From Amoebidium appalachense (Eukaryota; Protista; Ichthyosporea): 64,000 bases of DNA. This document shows, piece by piece, positions 24,492 through 47,445 of this stretch. The DNA lies in the NCBI GenBank assembly GCA_963693365.1, contig CAVNZM010000005.1, forward strand, positions 6,269,167 to 6,333,166, in the 5' to 3' direction. Position 1 is the first letter of the stretch. Each line of letters begins with the position of its first letter. Under the pieces are notes generated by a model. The model worked only from the letters and a program-made list of their open reading frames with translations. It had not been told where the DNA came from and searched no databases. Made by a program: the position numbers and the translations under genes.

Positions 24492-25561
24492 CGGGTTAGA
24501 TTTAGAATGTTTTTAAAGAGTTGTTAATTTAACCCATTTTTATCGTTGAATGATTGAAAGAATGACTGAGGTATATAATGATATACTTTGACGATATATT
24601 CATTTAGTGAGGAACATATGCCATGAAGTTGGCGGGTAGTGCTACTTAAAGTGCTTGTACAGTTTTCACAGGCCCCAAAAAATCATTTGACTCGTAGGTC
24701 TGTTTGTCGATGATTTTTAGGGCTGTAATGTATAAATATTCCCGGTGATGATAAGTTCATTTGCCCGTCAGTTACATATATCATACTACCGTTCTTTTCG
24801 GTGCATACTTGTGTATGTATCAGCAATATGTATAACAGTTTTGCCACCGACTGTGACCGAGTCCGTGCGGATTATAAGAAGATATAAAGCACCCACGGGC
24901 AACCAGAGTGTACACCTGCCTAGCTACCACATGAAAATTTCCAATGTGCCCCCCTTCCCCCCTCCCCCCCCCCCCCCCCCCCCGGGCAAAAGAGGATGGG
25001 CCGTGGCTATGTGGCTTGCGTACTTTGTTTATGTACCGTTGCCGCCATCCCGGGCCCTCCACGAAATTCTAAGCAGGGGTTCTCTGTTTTTCACTGTGTG
25101 ATTCAACCACCCCATACTATTTTTGTGTGGTTTGCACTCTGCGTTGTGTTGTCCGTCATGATATGCGTGCTTCTCACTCTATAAGGAAGCCTAACCAACC
25201 CGCCACCCTTCTCTCCCCCCCCCTGCCCCCCCTCCCCCCCCCCCCCCCCCCCCCGCCCCTCCCCCTCCAACACACACACACGCACCAAGCCCTCACCCCG
25301 CTTCCGCAGGGCGGGGGCTTGTGCTCAGGGGCTGCCGCTGCCCGGCCCCAGTGTTGCTAAAGCCCTCCCCCTCCCCCCCCCCCCCCCCCCCCCAACCCCT
25401 CCCCCCCCCCTCCTCCTCCTCCTCCCCTCTCCCCCCCTGCCCTCCTCCCCCCTCCCCCCCCACCCCCGAAATCACATCAGAGGTTTCACTTGCAGAGCGG
25501 ATCGCTGTCTTGAATTGGTCATTAGCCAGTCACTCGAGCACACCCCCCTTTCCCCCCCCTC

Positions 25562-25602
<41 letters not shown>

Positions 25603-26780
25603 TTCCTCCCCTTCTCCCGTGTGGCGAGATCTGTCCTGATGAAACCTTCACATTCTTAACCCCCTCCTCCCCCCTCTCTCTCCCCCCCCCCGTCCCCCCG
25701 TCCCCCCGGCTCCTCCCCCCCTGCCCCCACAAACCCAGCCGCCCGCTGCGCCGCCTGCAGCGGGAAATGAGGCATCGGCCATACACAAATAACGAACATC
25801 GGCTTGGTGGGTCAAGTAAAAGGATTGGGATATTTCCAGAAATATGTCTTGTGTTCCACGGTTTACACTCGTCGTGGCCCTATGCTATTCTGGCACAGTG
25901 GCGTTTCAGTGCAAAAACGTGTGATGTGCCCCCCGCGTGGGCGCACGTGTGTGAATATGTGTGTGTGTATGTGCGTGTTGGAGGCCGAGGGAGGTGGAGG
26001 GAAGGTGGGTGGGTGGGTGGTGGGTGGAAGGCTATGTGGGTTGGGTTGGGTGGGGTAGGGTGGTGGTGGTGGTGGTGGTGGTTGGTTGGTTGGTTGGGGT
26101 TGGGGGGGGGGGGGGGGGGAGGGGGGGGGGGGGAGAGGGGGAGGGAAGAGAGAGGGGCAACCCATTCCATAGATAGATAATTCCTATCACCCTTTTCCAT
26201 TCCGGAAACACTATTGACTCGTAGTAATCAAGCGAGCAATTCGAAGTGGTCGTGGTCATTGTGCGCCCATCCACACTTAGTTAAATCCGCAGCATTTGGC
26301 AACCATTCACTGCTTCCACGTATTTTCATCTTATATCATGACGGAAGCTTGGAATCGGAAAACCCGGGAAAAAAATTCGGATTTTGGAAAACTTCGTCAA
26401 TCCGCTAAGTGACCAAGCCGGATGTTTATCACCGGCGCACCTAACATGGTGATGCCTAAAAAAGGGTCGACTCTATACAGGAAATCAAGGGCCAATCCAT
26501 CCCCCCCCCCCCCCCCCCCCCCTCCCCCCCCCCCGCCCCTTCCCACAAAAAAAATAAACAAACAAGAAAAGAAAAAGAAAAGAAAAGAAAGAAAAAGGAA
26601 AAGAAAAAAAGAAAAGAAAAGAAAAGAAAGAAAAGAAAAGAAAAGGAAAGGAAAGGAAAGCAAGACAAAGAGAAAAAGATAGAAAAAGAAATTTAGAAAG
26701 CACGAAAGAAAGCATAAAAAGAAAGAAAGAAAGAAAAGAAATAATCATAAACTTTGAACAAAGAACTTGTACCAAATTCG

Positions 26781-26843
<63 letters not shown>

Positions 26844-27705
26844 GAGGCCACACCTCCCTCTATGGCTCTAGAACCAACATCCCGTTACGCGCAAACCCGG
26901 ATAAATTGTTTGGATTATGGCCTGGGATGGTTAGGGGAGAAGGGGGAGGGGGGGGGGGGGGGGGGGAGGGGGTGGAGGGGGAGAGGGGGGGGGGGGGGGG
27001 GGGGGGAGGCATATATGCAGGGATTGTGAAACGAAGGGCCCGGGGTGCATGTCTGAGGTGACCCTTTTTGAATTCCCGGGCGACCAGCCGGGAGAAATTG
27101 AAGGGTTTGCACAAGTTATCCCGGACAAAGTTGACGAGCTCAAATATACCGCATGCGTCAAGTTACAGGGTGTTTTTCCATGGAATAAATAACGCATTGA
27201 CGGTGCAATATATTTAGGTACTTTCTTTTCTTGTAAGTCTGATTTTAATTCATACACGAGAAGGAAATATACAAATCAATATGACTGCAAGGGAGATGGG
27301 TGAATTTTGTTGAGCATGTACGTACGTATTTTCGAATCCCCCCCTCCTCCGAGCTCCCCCCCCCCCCCCCCCCCAACACACACACACCTAATAATAGTCA
27401 TGCCCCCCCCCCCCCCCCCCCCCCTTTGTCCCCCCTCCCCCTCCCATGAAACATGTACAGAACACATGCTGAGGTGTGCTTCATCACTGCTAGCTGGCAA
27501 GTTGTTCCACACATGGTCCGTCACAGTAGTGTTTCAGAAAAGTTATAAGCGACCTACGAATTTGCCCCGTCCCAGAATAATTGTTCCGCGAGAAGAATAT
27601 CTCGTGAATACTCCAACATCCTAGAATACCCCTGCAAACGAATCTCGAGGCTGGGGAAGACAAAGTGCGAGAACTTAAAATTCGGACTTTTCTTTAGTCC
27701 CCCCC

Positions 27706-27739
<34 letters not shown>

Positions 27740-28148
27740 TCTCTCTCCCTTTTTTTTTTTTTTTTTTTTTTGCCCCTTTATCTCCAAAATGCTTAGAATC
27801 CTGTTTCTGTAGATCAAGTTCGAAGGCGGGAGTGGGTGGGTGGGTGGTAGGTGGATGCCATGGCTGGTGCGTGTGTTTGTATGTGCACACGCAAAGATGG
27901 AGTGAGTTGTGTGTGTGTGTATGTGCGGGTGTGGGGGTGTGCGTGCGTGTGCGTGTTTGTGTGTGTATGTGTGTGGGAGGGAGGAGGGTGCAACCCGATC
28001 CAACTGTCACATCCACAAATTCCGAACGGTTTTGAAAGTTTAGATTGAAGGAAGGCATTTCTTTCGGAGTACAGCAAGACTTATAGAAACGCTTTCTTTC
28101 GTCCTTTCGTATACGTGTGTGTGTGTGTACGTGTGTGTGTCTGTGTGT

Positions 28149-28274
<126 letters not shown>

Positions 28275-28378
28275 TCGGGGGGGGGGGGGGGGGGGGGGGG
28301 GGGGAGGGATGTGGCCGTGGGTGGGTGAAGGTACTATGATCTGCGATTCAGATGGGGTTGACACAGCCCTAATATTCA

Positions 28379-28447
28379 GTGTTAGATAATAAAATCTGTG
28401 ACCTATCCTTAGCTGTGTTAGAATAAAATCTGTGACCTATCCTTAGC
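28379..28447. repeat. About 34-bp tandem duplication
   Basis: GTGTTAG(AT)AATAAAATCTGTGACCTATCCTTAGC twice. Confidence 0.85.
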
Positions 28448-29464
28448 CGGCGGAAGTAATCTCTCACTCTCAGAAGCATCCAGAATCGACTTTGACGGTC
28501 CCTGCAATGAAAGAGCTCCGGTTAAAAAAACTCACCCATCAGCACCCCTCCCCCCCTGGTGGGGCTCCCCCCGATCCCCCCTTCCTCGGAGCCTCCCTCC
28601 TAAGCCCCGGCCCTGGTGATCCCTTGAATAGGGAGTTTCTGTTAAACGGCTGATGAGTCATGACGACGTCAAAATGACGTCAAGCCGTCAGATCTTAACA
28701 AGTTTCCTGCATCCATGTGTATGAAAGAGTTGCGCGGTGGAAAAAGGTGTGTATACGTGCGTGCAGTATGACGCAGACATACTCAGTCTGTACGCAACGC
28801 CCGATGTTTATTGTGAAATGACTCGTTGTAGCAAAGTTACGCACACGCTGTGTGTGTTGTGTGGGTGGATGAACTACGTTGTGTGGGGGGATTGAACACA
28901 CTGAGGATGGTGTATGTAGGTGGGTGGGTGTGATTGGCAGTGAGATCGATATGAAAAGGCTGGCTGCGGGGAAAAGGCAAGGGGAGGGTGGGATGGGGGT
29001 TGGTGGTAGTGGTGGGGTGGTGGTGGTGGGGGGGGGGGGGGGGGGGGGGGGGGGGTAGAGACTGCCTGGGACTGGGTGGGGTGGGGCCGTGTGAGGGAGA
29101 CTGGAAAGTTTTGTGTGTGTGTGTGTGGAGGGGGGAGAGGGGAGGGGGGGGAGGGGGGAGGGGGGGGGGAGTGTTGTGTGTGTGTGTGTGTTGGGGGGGG
29201 GGGGGGGGGGAGGGGGGCGGAAGGGGGCAGGCTCGGTGGTACCGTTCAGGTTTCCTCTCTTTTCTTCATCCATTTCTCTGGGGGGGGGGGGGGGGGGGGG
29301 GGGGGGGGAGGGGGGTGGGGAGGCTAACATTTTTGTGTCATGATCATGGTGGGCAAGCAAGGAGGCATTTTGCGTGCATGCAGACCGGAAAGTCATTGTG
29401 AATTCGGTGTCACGTGTGTGTGTGTGTGTGTATGTTGTAGAGGGGAAATAGAAGGGAAATAGAT

Positions 29465-29512
<48 letters not shown>

Positions 29513-29597
29513 TGTGTGTGTGTGTGTGTTCGTGTGTGTACGTGTGTGTGTATGTGTATGTGTGTGTGCGCGCACACGTGTGTGTCTGTGTGCGCGC

Positions 29598-29651
<54 letters not shown>

Positions 29652-30666
29652 ATGTGTGTGTGCACGCGCGCGCACGCTCGTGGACATGTGTGCGTGTGTG
29701 AGCGTGCATGTTTCTGAATGGACCTTTTTTTTTTAGAGAGGGGGGAGGGGGCGGGGGGAGGGGGGGGGTACAAGGGGATCGGCAGAGTACGGTAACTAAA
29801 CAATCGTTACGAAGCATTGGCAACAGTTTACACTCCATTGCTCCGTATCGGTTGAGTCTTTCTCGTTTGATGGCGGATATCATTTTATTACCAAAAGAAA
29901 GCGCCTTTGCATATTTACACAGAGATATGCAGCGGGCACTGTCGAGTCACACCGTTAACACCCAGTGGCATTGCAAAACGTGTTGATCTCACTTGAGATC
30001 GCCCTAACTTCAAATTCCTTAACGGATGTAAAAGCAAATTTAAGTTTTGAACAGACCTGAATTCGTTATTCAACTGTAAAATTTTTATGTACAATCACGT
30101 TGTCCATTAATCAAAACAAGGTGGCACGGAATTCAACTCAATATCCCGGCCGTGCATATACACTCAGTTCTAAAGTTCCATCAGTCGAACTTGGTTTTGC
30201 GCACAAATCAAACAAACATGTCGTTTTCCCTATAATACAGAGTGAGTGGGTTCTATCATCAAAGCCTTGAGACGCTACAGAAATTCTGTTAGAAAACACT
30301 AACACCGTCATAGCAAGGGCCTTCCCCCCCCCCCCCCCCCCTCCCCCCGCTCCCTGCCCCTCCCCCTTCTCCCCTCTCCCCCCCTGGGCCGTCCGGCCCG
30401 GTGTTCCTAATTTAAATTAACTATAGTTTATAAACTTTGATACAACGAGAACTTCAGGAGTTGTGTATGTCGTTAGTTTGCTGTGCATTCTCGTTGTCGT
30501 TAGTTTGATGTGCATTCTCGTTTTTATGGTGCATAATTATATCATTTTTCCAGTCGAGAAAAAAAAACAAAAAACAAAAAACAAAAAAAGGGGGGGAAAA
30601 GCAAGGACCCCCCCCTCCCCCCGAGTTGCAAAAAATCGACGGGGCGCCACCTCTTTCCTCAGGACA

Positions 30667-32205
30667 CTACACCACGACCGCCAACTCAGCCAGCGCACCA
30701 ATCAAAACAGCCAAAGCAACTACCATACTTGGACTTGCCGCGGTGGAGGTACTTCCTGCACTTTCGTTTGGATTTTTGACTTCGCCCGGTGTAGCGGTTG
30801 GGTTGGCTACATTGGTGTCGGTGGGGAATGTGATGATTGGTGGGATGCTGATGCTCCAATCACCCTTGCCATCTGGGCTATAAATAGCCCACGAGCCGGA
30901 GTCGGCGCCGTCTTTGCTGTCCACGGGGCTGCACTTGCCTGCGGGGAGACGAAACTGCATGCATGAAAAACAGGGTTATTATTTCGCAATGACCAAGGCT
31001 TAATATATATATGGAGCCTCCGTCCTTTTTTTTTTTTTTTTTGAAAAAAAATTATTTTTCGTTTTATTCTATGTCATATCTCCTACCGACGGCTGTTGGT
31101 AGAGTATTGGCAATTGCAAAGAAAAGAAAAAAAGGTAAAAACCCGAGGAGGAACCCGAGAATTCCATTTTCAATAATCCTACGATTCCATTGTACTAGCT
31201 TAAGGTCCCCCCCCCCCCCCCCCCCCTTTTTTGCGCCGGGGGGAGGGGAGGGGGGGGGAGGGGGGGGGGGGGGGGGGGGGGGAAGGGAGAGAAGGGGGGG
31301 GGGGGGGGGGGGGGGGGGGGAGGGGGGGAGGGGGGGGGATAGAATTGTGTGTGTGCTCGTCATGTTCCATCTACACTGCATATCGTGCCTTTCTGCTCAT
31401 TGTCGGTTTTCTAAACCAGCACAGTAGCCAATTAGTTCAACACGGGGTCAATATATAGATTCGTGCAGTATTATACGTTTGCGTTTGCGTTAGCGCCAGT
31501 GCACGTGACACTGTGACACACGTGCTTGTCTTGTGTGCGCACGTGCACGAAGGAAGTAGGCCTACCTCAGTCTCGCAGTTTTTGCATGCGATATTTGTAC
31601 ACCCCGACTTGATCAACAGCTCGTTGTTTGTTTGTGAGTAGAGACCGAAAACTGGGGTGGTGCCCTCGTTGCCCACGGGTATGCACGCTGTGGTCATGTG
31701 AGGGGGAAGGGGAATGTTGCTCGTGTAGAGGCTGCTGCCTGCCGAGGGGGGAAAAACACACAAAAAACAATATCAGTACACGTACGTACATGAACCGCCG
31801 ATGTAAAGTTAGGCTGCCTGCCATAAATACTACCTGTACATATAAATACAGCTGTTATTGCACGTCCCCGGTGTAAGGTTGCCTTGTGTTGCCTCTTGTA
31901 AGGCCTAGTAGACGTGAACAATATGTGCCAATGGAACCAAGCGACTCGGAGGCATAAATCAACGAGCAAAAACATGCGTAACGCTCCTGCGACAGCTAGT
32001 TAAGCTAGCGCTCACGGTAACTGATAAATTATCAGCTGCACTCCGATTTCGAAGAGAGTACACAGTTGAATATGCTTAATAATGAATTAAACGTCCACTC
32101 ACCCGAGCACTCCGGGTTGTTGTAAAATGCCATGGTTGAAGCTCTAGCCCCAGCACAGAACAGTACCGCAGTTGCAGCGGTATATTTTATAGCAGTGGTG
32201 ACCAT
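30667..32205 (-). CDS. Small secreted, probably GPI-anchored Cys-containing surface protein (about 187 aa, 3 exons)
   Basis: Phase-compatible exons 32205-32103, 31738-31566, 30954-30667. Signal-peptide-like MVTTAIKYTAATAVLFCAGARA; core AFYNNPECSGSSL...GCTNIACKNCETEFRLPAGKCSP; S/T/P stalk; hydrophobic tail SPSMVVALAVLIGALAELAVVV*. Confidence 0.78.
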
Positions 32206-32844
32206 GTTCGTTTATATACAGAGTAAACTCCTTGGGCTCGCAGATATTTGCTGATGTGGCGGGGTTTTCTTGTCTTCACGCGTCCCACGTTGAGAGAAAA
32301 CTTGATGCGAATTCGAAGGCCCTACCCGGTTCTTGTCGTAAAAATTCTTGGTTGTCAGAGCTTGCCTTGCGTAGTAGGGGTGTAGTGGTAATGTGTTGAT
32401 GAATAAGTAAAATGTCGCTCGCGTTTTGTGTTATGGTAGAAAGGCGCCTGCTTTTTCTTGTTTTCGTACATGTCGACTGATCGTTGGTGCTGTGTTTGTT
32501 TTGTGAAGAAGGACGAAGGTAACGCCGTTTATATACACGGCCGCTTTCTTGGCACTGAACTTGTGCGATGACGATTGCGAGCCTGCTGCGGCCCCTTGGC
32601 ATCGGGTTACTTGGCGCGGGGCAGGCGCAGGAGTTATTGTGCTCGTATCACCCTGTGTTCCTATTGGCGCGGATTTCGACGCGGGAGCCAGTTTTTGCAC
32701 AGCGAGTGGCCCGTCGGGCGTTGTGTCTGTTTCACTACCTGTGGAAGCCGTGCGATCGATAAAGTTGTGCGCGCGCTTGTGCATCATCGGGCAGGGAGCA
32801 CGAGCAGGGTTGGGCTGCGGTTGGCCAGCATAACCGTATTGTCC

Positions 32845-32950
32845 TTTGCCCAATCGTAACGGACAGTTTCTTAATCTTAACGGGGGGGGGGTTCTTGGGG
32901 ATCTGCAAGCCCAGCTAAAAACGCCCCTCCAGTCACAAAACTCAAAATAC
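32845..32950 (+). repeat. Dispersed repeat (probable MITE end), copy 1
   Basis: CCAATCGTAACGGACA.TTTCTTAATC.TAACGGG...CTGCAAGCCC...CAAAACTCAAAATACG also at 63886-63989. Confidence 0.8.
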
Positions 32951-34896
32951 GCGTTTTTACAAATTAAGTATCGCAAAATTACAGTCCCTGGACACTTGTC
33001 GGGGTTCGATATTGCTCATGAGAAGCGCTGTAGATATGTTCTTAAACAGAAATATTGAAAAAATTAGGTACAGTTAGATATTAGGGGGCCTTAAAACGTT
33101 TATAATGCTATACATCTGATACGAAAGCTGTTACGACGGCACCCTAACCTTATTCGTATTGGGGTCTTTCGTTAATCGTAATCACGACGATTATTTTGTA
33201 ATCCCTCTCCTGAGCACGAGCTGTGTGTTCAGAGCCGCGCCGTTCACAGCCTGAGGACATTTGTTTTCCCTGGCACTTGGTGACAAAATAACAGAAATTC
33301 TCGAGAATAGCTCAATTCCAGGGCATCTACACATTTACTGGCAATTATTTATTTGGCATAACCTACATTAGCAATGACGTAAGGCCCACCTCAGCGGGCA
33401 TGGAATCATTTCCTAGAGATCTCTAGAAGATTTTCGAGATCCGACGATCTAGAGATTACGGATCGCCGACCCTCAGTTGCTCAGGGTGTGAAATTTGCGT
33501 ACTTGGTGGCGCCGGCTGTGAAACATTTCATCGACACATGTGCACGGCGTATTGCTTATACAGTTGGTTATAAAGTTCATTTATAATAGCCCCTGCCATT
33601 TTCTTAGAAATTATTCCAGCAGGCTCGCCTATTTCATGCGCTGAAAGCGCCTGAACTCAGTAAAGCATGATTTGATTTTTCGATCTTACCTGGTGATCTT
33701 GGATATTGAACAATTATTGGCTGAATTTATCATTAAAAAGCCAATAGTTTCTCTTCTCATATCTAGATATATTTGATTGGTGCAACTGGAATGTTCTGCC
33801 AAGAGGCCGACAGCACTGCTTTATCGGACCAGAACCAACCACGCTTACATAGACAAAACAAAAAATCACAGTAAACCGGAATACAGTGTTGGAGTAATAA
33901 GCTATAACCCATTATAAATGAACAGTATGACTACTGAAGTGCAACTAAGATATCCTATTGTAGGGCATACGAGATCGTGGCGTCACGCCACAGCGCTCTG
34001 GCCCCACTGCTCAGTGCTCACCCGCTGGCACAGCCGATCGAGTGGAACAAGGGGACTAGGGCATCCAATCGACTCATATGACTTCCAAAAATCGGATCGT
34101 CTAAGCCAGCTATGGGAGTCCAATCCAAGCCGTTGCGGCAGAAAAAACTGTAATGCTCAGCGGGTTGTGCCAACTTACATCGGACTTAATCGCAGTAATC
34201 ATAGCGCGAAACCGTGCAAAAAGCAGTATGAGGATAGTATAACACCATATTCAAACTTAGCAGAGTTTGCGCTCGTTTCTACTAGAAAAAAGCGCGCTTT
34301 TTTCTTTAGCTATTGGGGCGGTAGATTCACCGCCCGCTACAGAAATTTAACCGCGCTCATAATCAGATCGACGAAAAAGGAAAGAGATCGGAATGCGGAG
34401 ATCGGGCCCCCGAGCGTTAGCGCAAGTTGGCGCTACCTCAGTGCACAGCCTGCATGCGTCCAGTGCTTTCGAGAGCGGGCAGTGCGCCGGGCACTCAGGT
34501 CTCGTGAGCCTAGAAACCCTCAACTTACTTTCGAAAGTGACTTTATAGGGCCTAATTTTAGTGTATGCAAGAATATATGCTCAATGTTACTCATCCCTGC
34601 AGCGTGAAAAAAGCATGAAAAAAAAAAAATCTACCATGCATATCATCACCGGATGGTGCTTCTCCTGGGTTAGGTGCATCTCTATCATCTACAGTCTGTA
34701 GCCTCAGGCACGTGCACATCTTTGCACTGATATGGCCTGTTATGGCCTACACGCACACTTGCACACCGTGATGTGAGCCGTCTAAGGGTCACTGCCACTG
34801 TACGTGCACGTGTGCACACCGTGACGACCCTGCAAGCAATGATTCATGTTATATGAGATATGCTGGTCGACGCAATCGATGTCAGGCTGAAATGTG

Positions 34897-34929
<33 letters not shown>

Positions 34930-35319
34930 ACATGTGTGTGTTGGAAAACGCATAGACGTAGGCCAGCAAAAGACTTGAAGTACTGAGTATGTGTATGTGT
35001 CTTAGCTTTGTTTGTATTCGTGTCTGGTTTTCTCCTTTGTGCTCTCTTCCTTTTCTCCCTTTTCTCCACTCTCTCTCTCTCTTCCCCCCCCCCCCCCCCC
35101 CCCCCCCCCCCGTATCTCTCTCTCCCCCTTGTTTCTGTGTGCACAGATATCTGTAGATCTGTGCACACCTGGCTCCCTTGCCTGTCATGATGTGTTGTGT
35201 TTTACTTGTCCGGGGCACTTGCGGCGGGCAGTGCGCTCATCGTCGCCTCTTGCATATTACTGTACATTAGTGTGGGGAAAATATTAAATCATGTTGCATG
35301 CGTTTATAAATTTCTATCC

Positions 35320-36515
35320 GCCCGTGCCGGCCCAACGGCCAGTCCCTGCGCCGCAGCCAGGCCCACTGCAGTCCACAACCAGCCAGACCCCGCGCCCGAA
35401 CCGCCACAGCCGGCCCCCGCAGCCGCTACCCTCCCTCCTCCGCCCCCGGCCAGGCCGGCTGCCCCGGCGCCAACACTGGTACCGGTGGGCCTGTTGCAGG
35501 CCCCTGCCCTGGGCAACTTCCAGGAGTGGAAGGCAGCTGTGGTGGCCTCTATGCCGGAAGGGGTTCGGGCCGAGGCCAGTTTGTTGCTGGATGGTTTTCT
35601 TAGCGACAAGACCTGGAGAGTATATCGGTCAGATGTGTATCGATACGTCCAATTTTGTGCTGCCAACCGTCTGCAGCCGTGGCCGACATCGTCCGGCACC
35701 CTGCTGGCCTATGCTGCCGACCTGTTCAAACAAGCGTACGAACCTCCAAGTCTGGACAGCAAGTTTTCCGCCCTGCGCAAGGTGCATGAGCTCTGGCGTC
35801 TGCCATATGTCGACGCCTCCACCATCGCCATGGTCAAGAAGTCCTATTCGTCCGCCGTGCTCAAAGTTCGGCGCCTGCCAGCGGAGTTGTCGCGTTTCGA
35901 CGCCCCCTGGTTCACCGGCTTGTTGCAGCGGGGGCACACGTCAGGCGATGGTGCCCGGTGGTTGGGGGCCGTGGCTGCCAGCTACCTATTTGGCCTTCGG
36001 TGGGGTTCAGTGTCTACGCTCCCCGGAGAAGATGTTGTCGTCGGCCCGGTCAGTGCCGAGGGTCTTGCCCGTGTCACCCTCTCCTTTCAGGCTATCAAGC
36101 AGGCAGGGGGGAAAGTTCGTGACGGCATCGAGTCGTTCCGGCGGTGTGTGCGTCGGCGTTCCACCACTTGCTGGCAGCTCTACCCTCCCGTACTGCGCTG
36201 CTCGTGCCCAAAGCGTCACCCAAAGCTTTTTTAAGTGGGAAACGATTGGCTGCGCGCCGAGTTGCGCCATGTGGGGGTGCTCGCCACCGAGGCTGCAGGC
36301 GTCACGTGGCACTGCCTGCGCCATGGCCTGGTGGGCGCCTGCCGTGCCCTGCTTGTGGACGAGGCGTTTGTGTCCGGCTGGGTGTGTGGCATCTTGGCAG
36401 CCGCACCCCCGTGTCCCACTACGGCCTCGGTCACATCCCTACGGCCGACGACTGGCTCTACTTCGGAATGTTGCAGGGTGCCCGGCCGCCCTCGTCCGTA
36501 GGTGAATTGGCTTAG
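35320..36515 (+). pseudogene. Frameshifted tyrosine recombinase, DIRS/Ngaro- or Crypton-type
   Basis: SAM-like N-domain (LSDKTWRVYRSDVYRYVQFC...LLAYAADL...SALRKVH), box I LFGLRWGSV, box II TWHCLRHG, and W...SHY in a shifted frame. Apparent frameshifts near 36140, 36238 and 36382. GC-rich island. Confidence 0.82.
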
Positions 36516-36564
36516 CAATGTTGGGTTATATAAGCTTGTAGTTGGCAGAATTATGGACATGGCT

Positions 36565-36825
36565 AGCAACCTAAGTTGAAAATCGTTGATTTGGGAAATC
36601 CAGATTTTCTACACTTAGTAGTGCCATATTGGGAGACCGAAGTGATCACCCAATAGGCACAGTAGCAGCTTTTTAGGGTACTATAAAAAGCGGGTGATGG
36701 TTAAATCACCCTCACTTTTTGTCCCCCGTCGCTGCTCTCTCTAGCCCACCCTCCCGCCCGCGCTTTTTAGTCCCCCGTCTAGCTTCTTTGGGTTAGTGTA
36801 CCTTTTAGGGGTAAGGGTAGGTGTT

Positions 36826-36876
<51 letters not shown>

Positions 36877-37076
36877 AGGGGGAGGGATAGGCACGTAGCC
36901 AGTGTGGATACGTGTGTATACGGCCCAGACTTAGTCCATACAAGTTGATCGATCTGCGACCATAGATAGGCATGTGTAACCGTATGTATTGGTGTAGTAG
37001 TGGGGGTCCCGGGGACCAGATTGTTGTGAGCCACAAGAGAGCAATAAAACCGACAGAAGCAACCTAAGTTGAAAAT
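36565..37076. repeat. 19-bp direct repeats AGCAACCTAAGTTGAAAAT bracketing 474 bp
   Basis: Exact copies at 36565-36583 and 37058-37076. Confidence 0.8.
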
Positions 37077-37411
37077 TGAACAAGCCCCTGCAGTAGGAAA
37101 GCTTGGGGGAAGACTTGGGGGCGGATCACGGCGCATGCGGACAGTGTGGCAGTGCCGTGGCCATGGGCTGGCTTTGGGTCTAAAATAGATGCTCTGCAGC
37201 TCTAGAACTGTGTGCCACTTGCAGACGTACTTGTAAAACACATCGCTGCCTGTGGATTAGTTGTAAAATACATCGCTGCCTGTGACAAACGATGACATCA
37301 GCGACAAGCAAACACAAATTACACATCCTCTCAAACATAATCTATGAAGCGTCTCCATGTTTGTAGAAGCTCTGAGTATCTTTCACCCAACCTGTCTCTT
37401 CCATTGAGTCG

Positions 37412-37444
<33 letters not shown>

Positions 37445-37633
37445 TTCCCCCCTCTCCCCACCCATCCCCCCAAGCCCAAAGATCCCCCCTCCCCCCACCT
37501 TCCCCCCTAAGCACCCACTGGGCCCTCCCTCCCCCACAGTTTTTCACCAGCTAGCTGTGTCTTGAGTCTTCCTCTATTGTTTCACACGCTCCTGCCCATA
37601 CACATACATAGTTGCTGGTTGGGCACCGTAAGA

Positions 37634-41921
<4,288 letters not shown>

Positions 41922-42026
41922 AGGTTATGATTATTTCATTACATGTACGTACAAGACACAAATATATTAGTTAGGGAGTGTCTATCTATTTGAAACACAA
42001 AGTACATATACTGGGGGAGGTGGGGA

Positions 42027-42065
<39 letters not shown>

Positions 42066-42363
42066 AAGCTAAGAGTCTAAACGAAACCAGAACATTAATA
42101 ATACTCACAAATACCTGTACGTATGTACGGTTTACAAACATGTTTCATTATTAGTGCCCCGTGATTGTCTTCAGATTGATGTCGTTATGTTATATTGATC
42201 ATAGTTCACGGAGATGTTTCGTTCGACAATAAACGGTTTGTGATTTCAAATGCCAGGATCCTTCCATCCTCAACCAAGGCTTGTGTGGAACGTTACATGT
42301 GGTGTATTGGCGTCCCGATCGATTCCAGATCCACATGTACATGACGTGCGAAAGGCTTCCCCC

Positions 42364-42394
<31 letters not shown>

Positions 42395-42693
42395 ACATAC
42401 AGAGACACACACCACGTTGCCTTTGGGTATTAGGGCATCACACACTTTATTTTGAGCTTTGTTCACTGCACAGCACGTGAACAAAGTTCTATTTGGCTGC
42501 TTACATCTGTTAGGTTGTATGCATACAGTCACAAAACTATTGGTACCGAACTGGAGAGACCTGGAACTATTCTGCCTTGTTTTGCCTGACATCCAGGAAC
42601 TACTGCACAAGTTTTTTCATAACAAGCATCTGGAACACATTATACCCTACCCCCCCCCCCCCCCCCCCCCTCCCCCCCCCCCTCCCCCCCCTC

Positions 42694-42724
<31 letters not shown>

Positions 42725-42841
42725 CAAAAAAAACAAAAAAAAAAAAACACGCACACAAACACACAAACACACACCCACACATCCACATCCACATCGAATT
42801 CACAGACGCACCCACCCACCCACACGCACTCTCTCTATTAC

Positions 42842-47445
<4,604 letters not shown>

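Noticed and set aside
32276-32976. Minus-strand ORFs of 108-181 aa
   Set aside because: No recognisable motif; partly overlap a dispersed repeat; probably promoter or degenerate sequence.
33918-34607. 229-aa ORF upstream of the recombinase
   Set aside because: No RT, gag or methyltransferase motifs, and atypical composition.
35291-36505. 404-aa ORF overlapping the recombinase
   Set aside because: Shadow frame of GC-rich coding DNA with no motifs.
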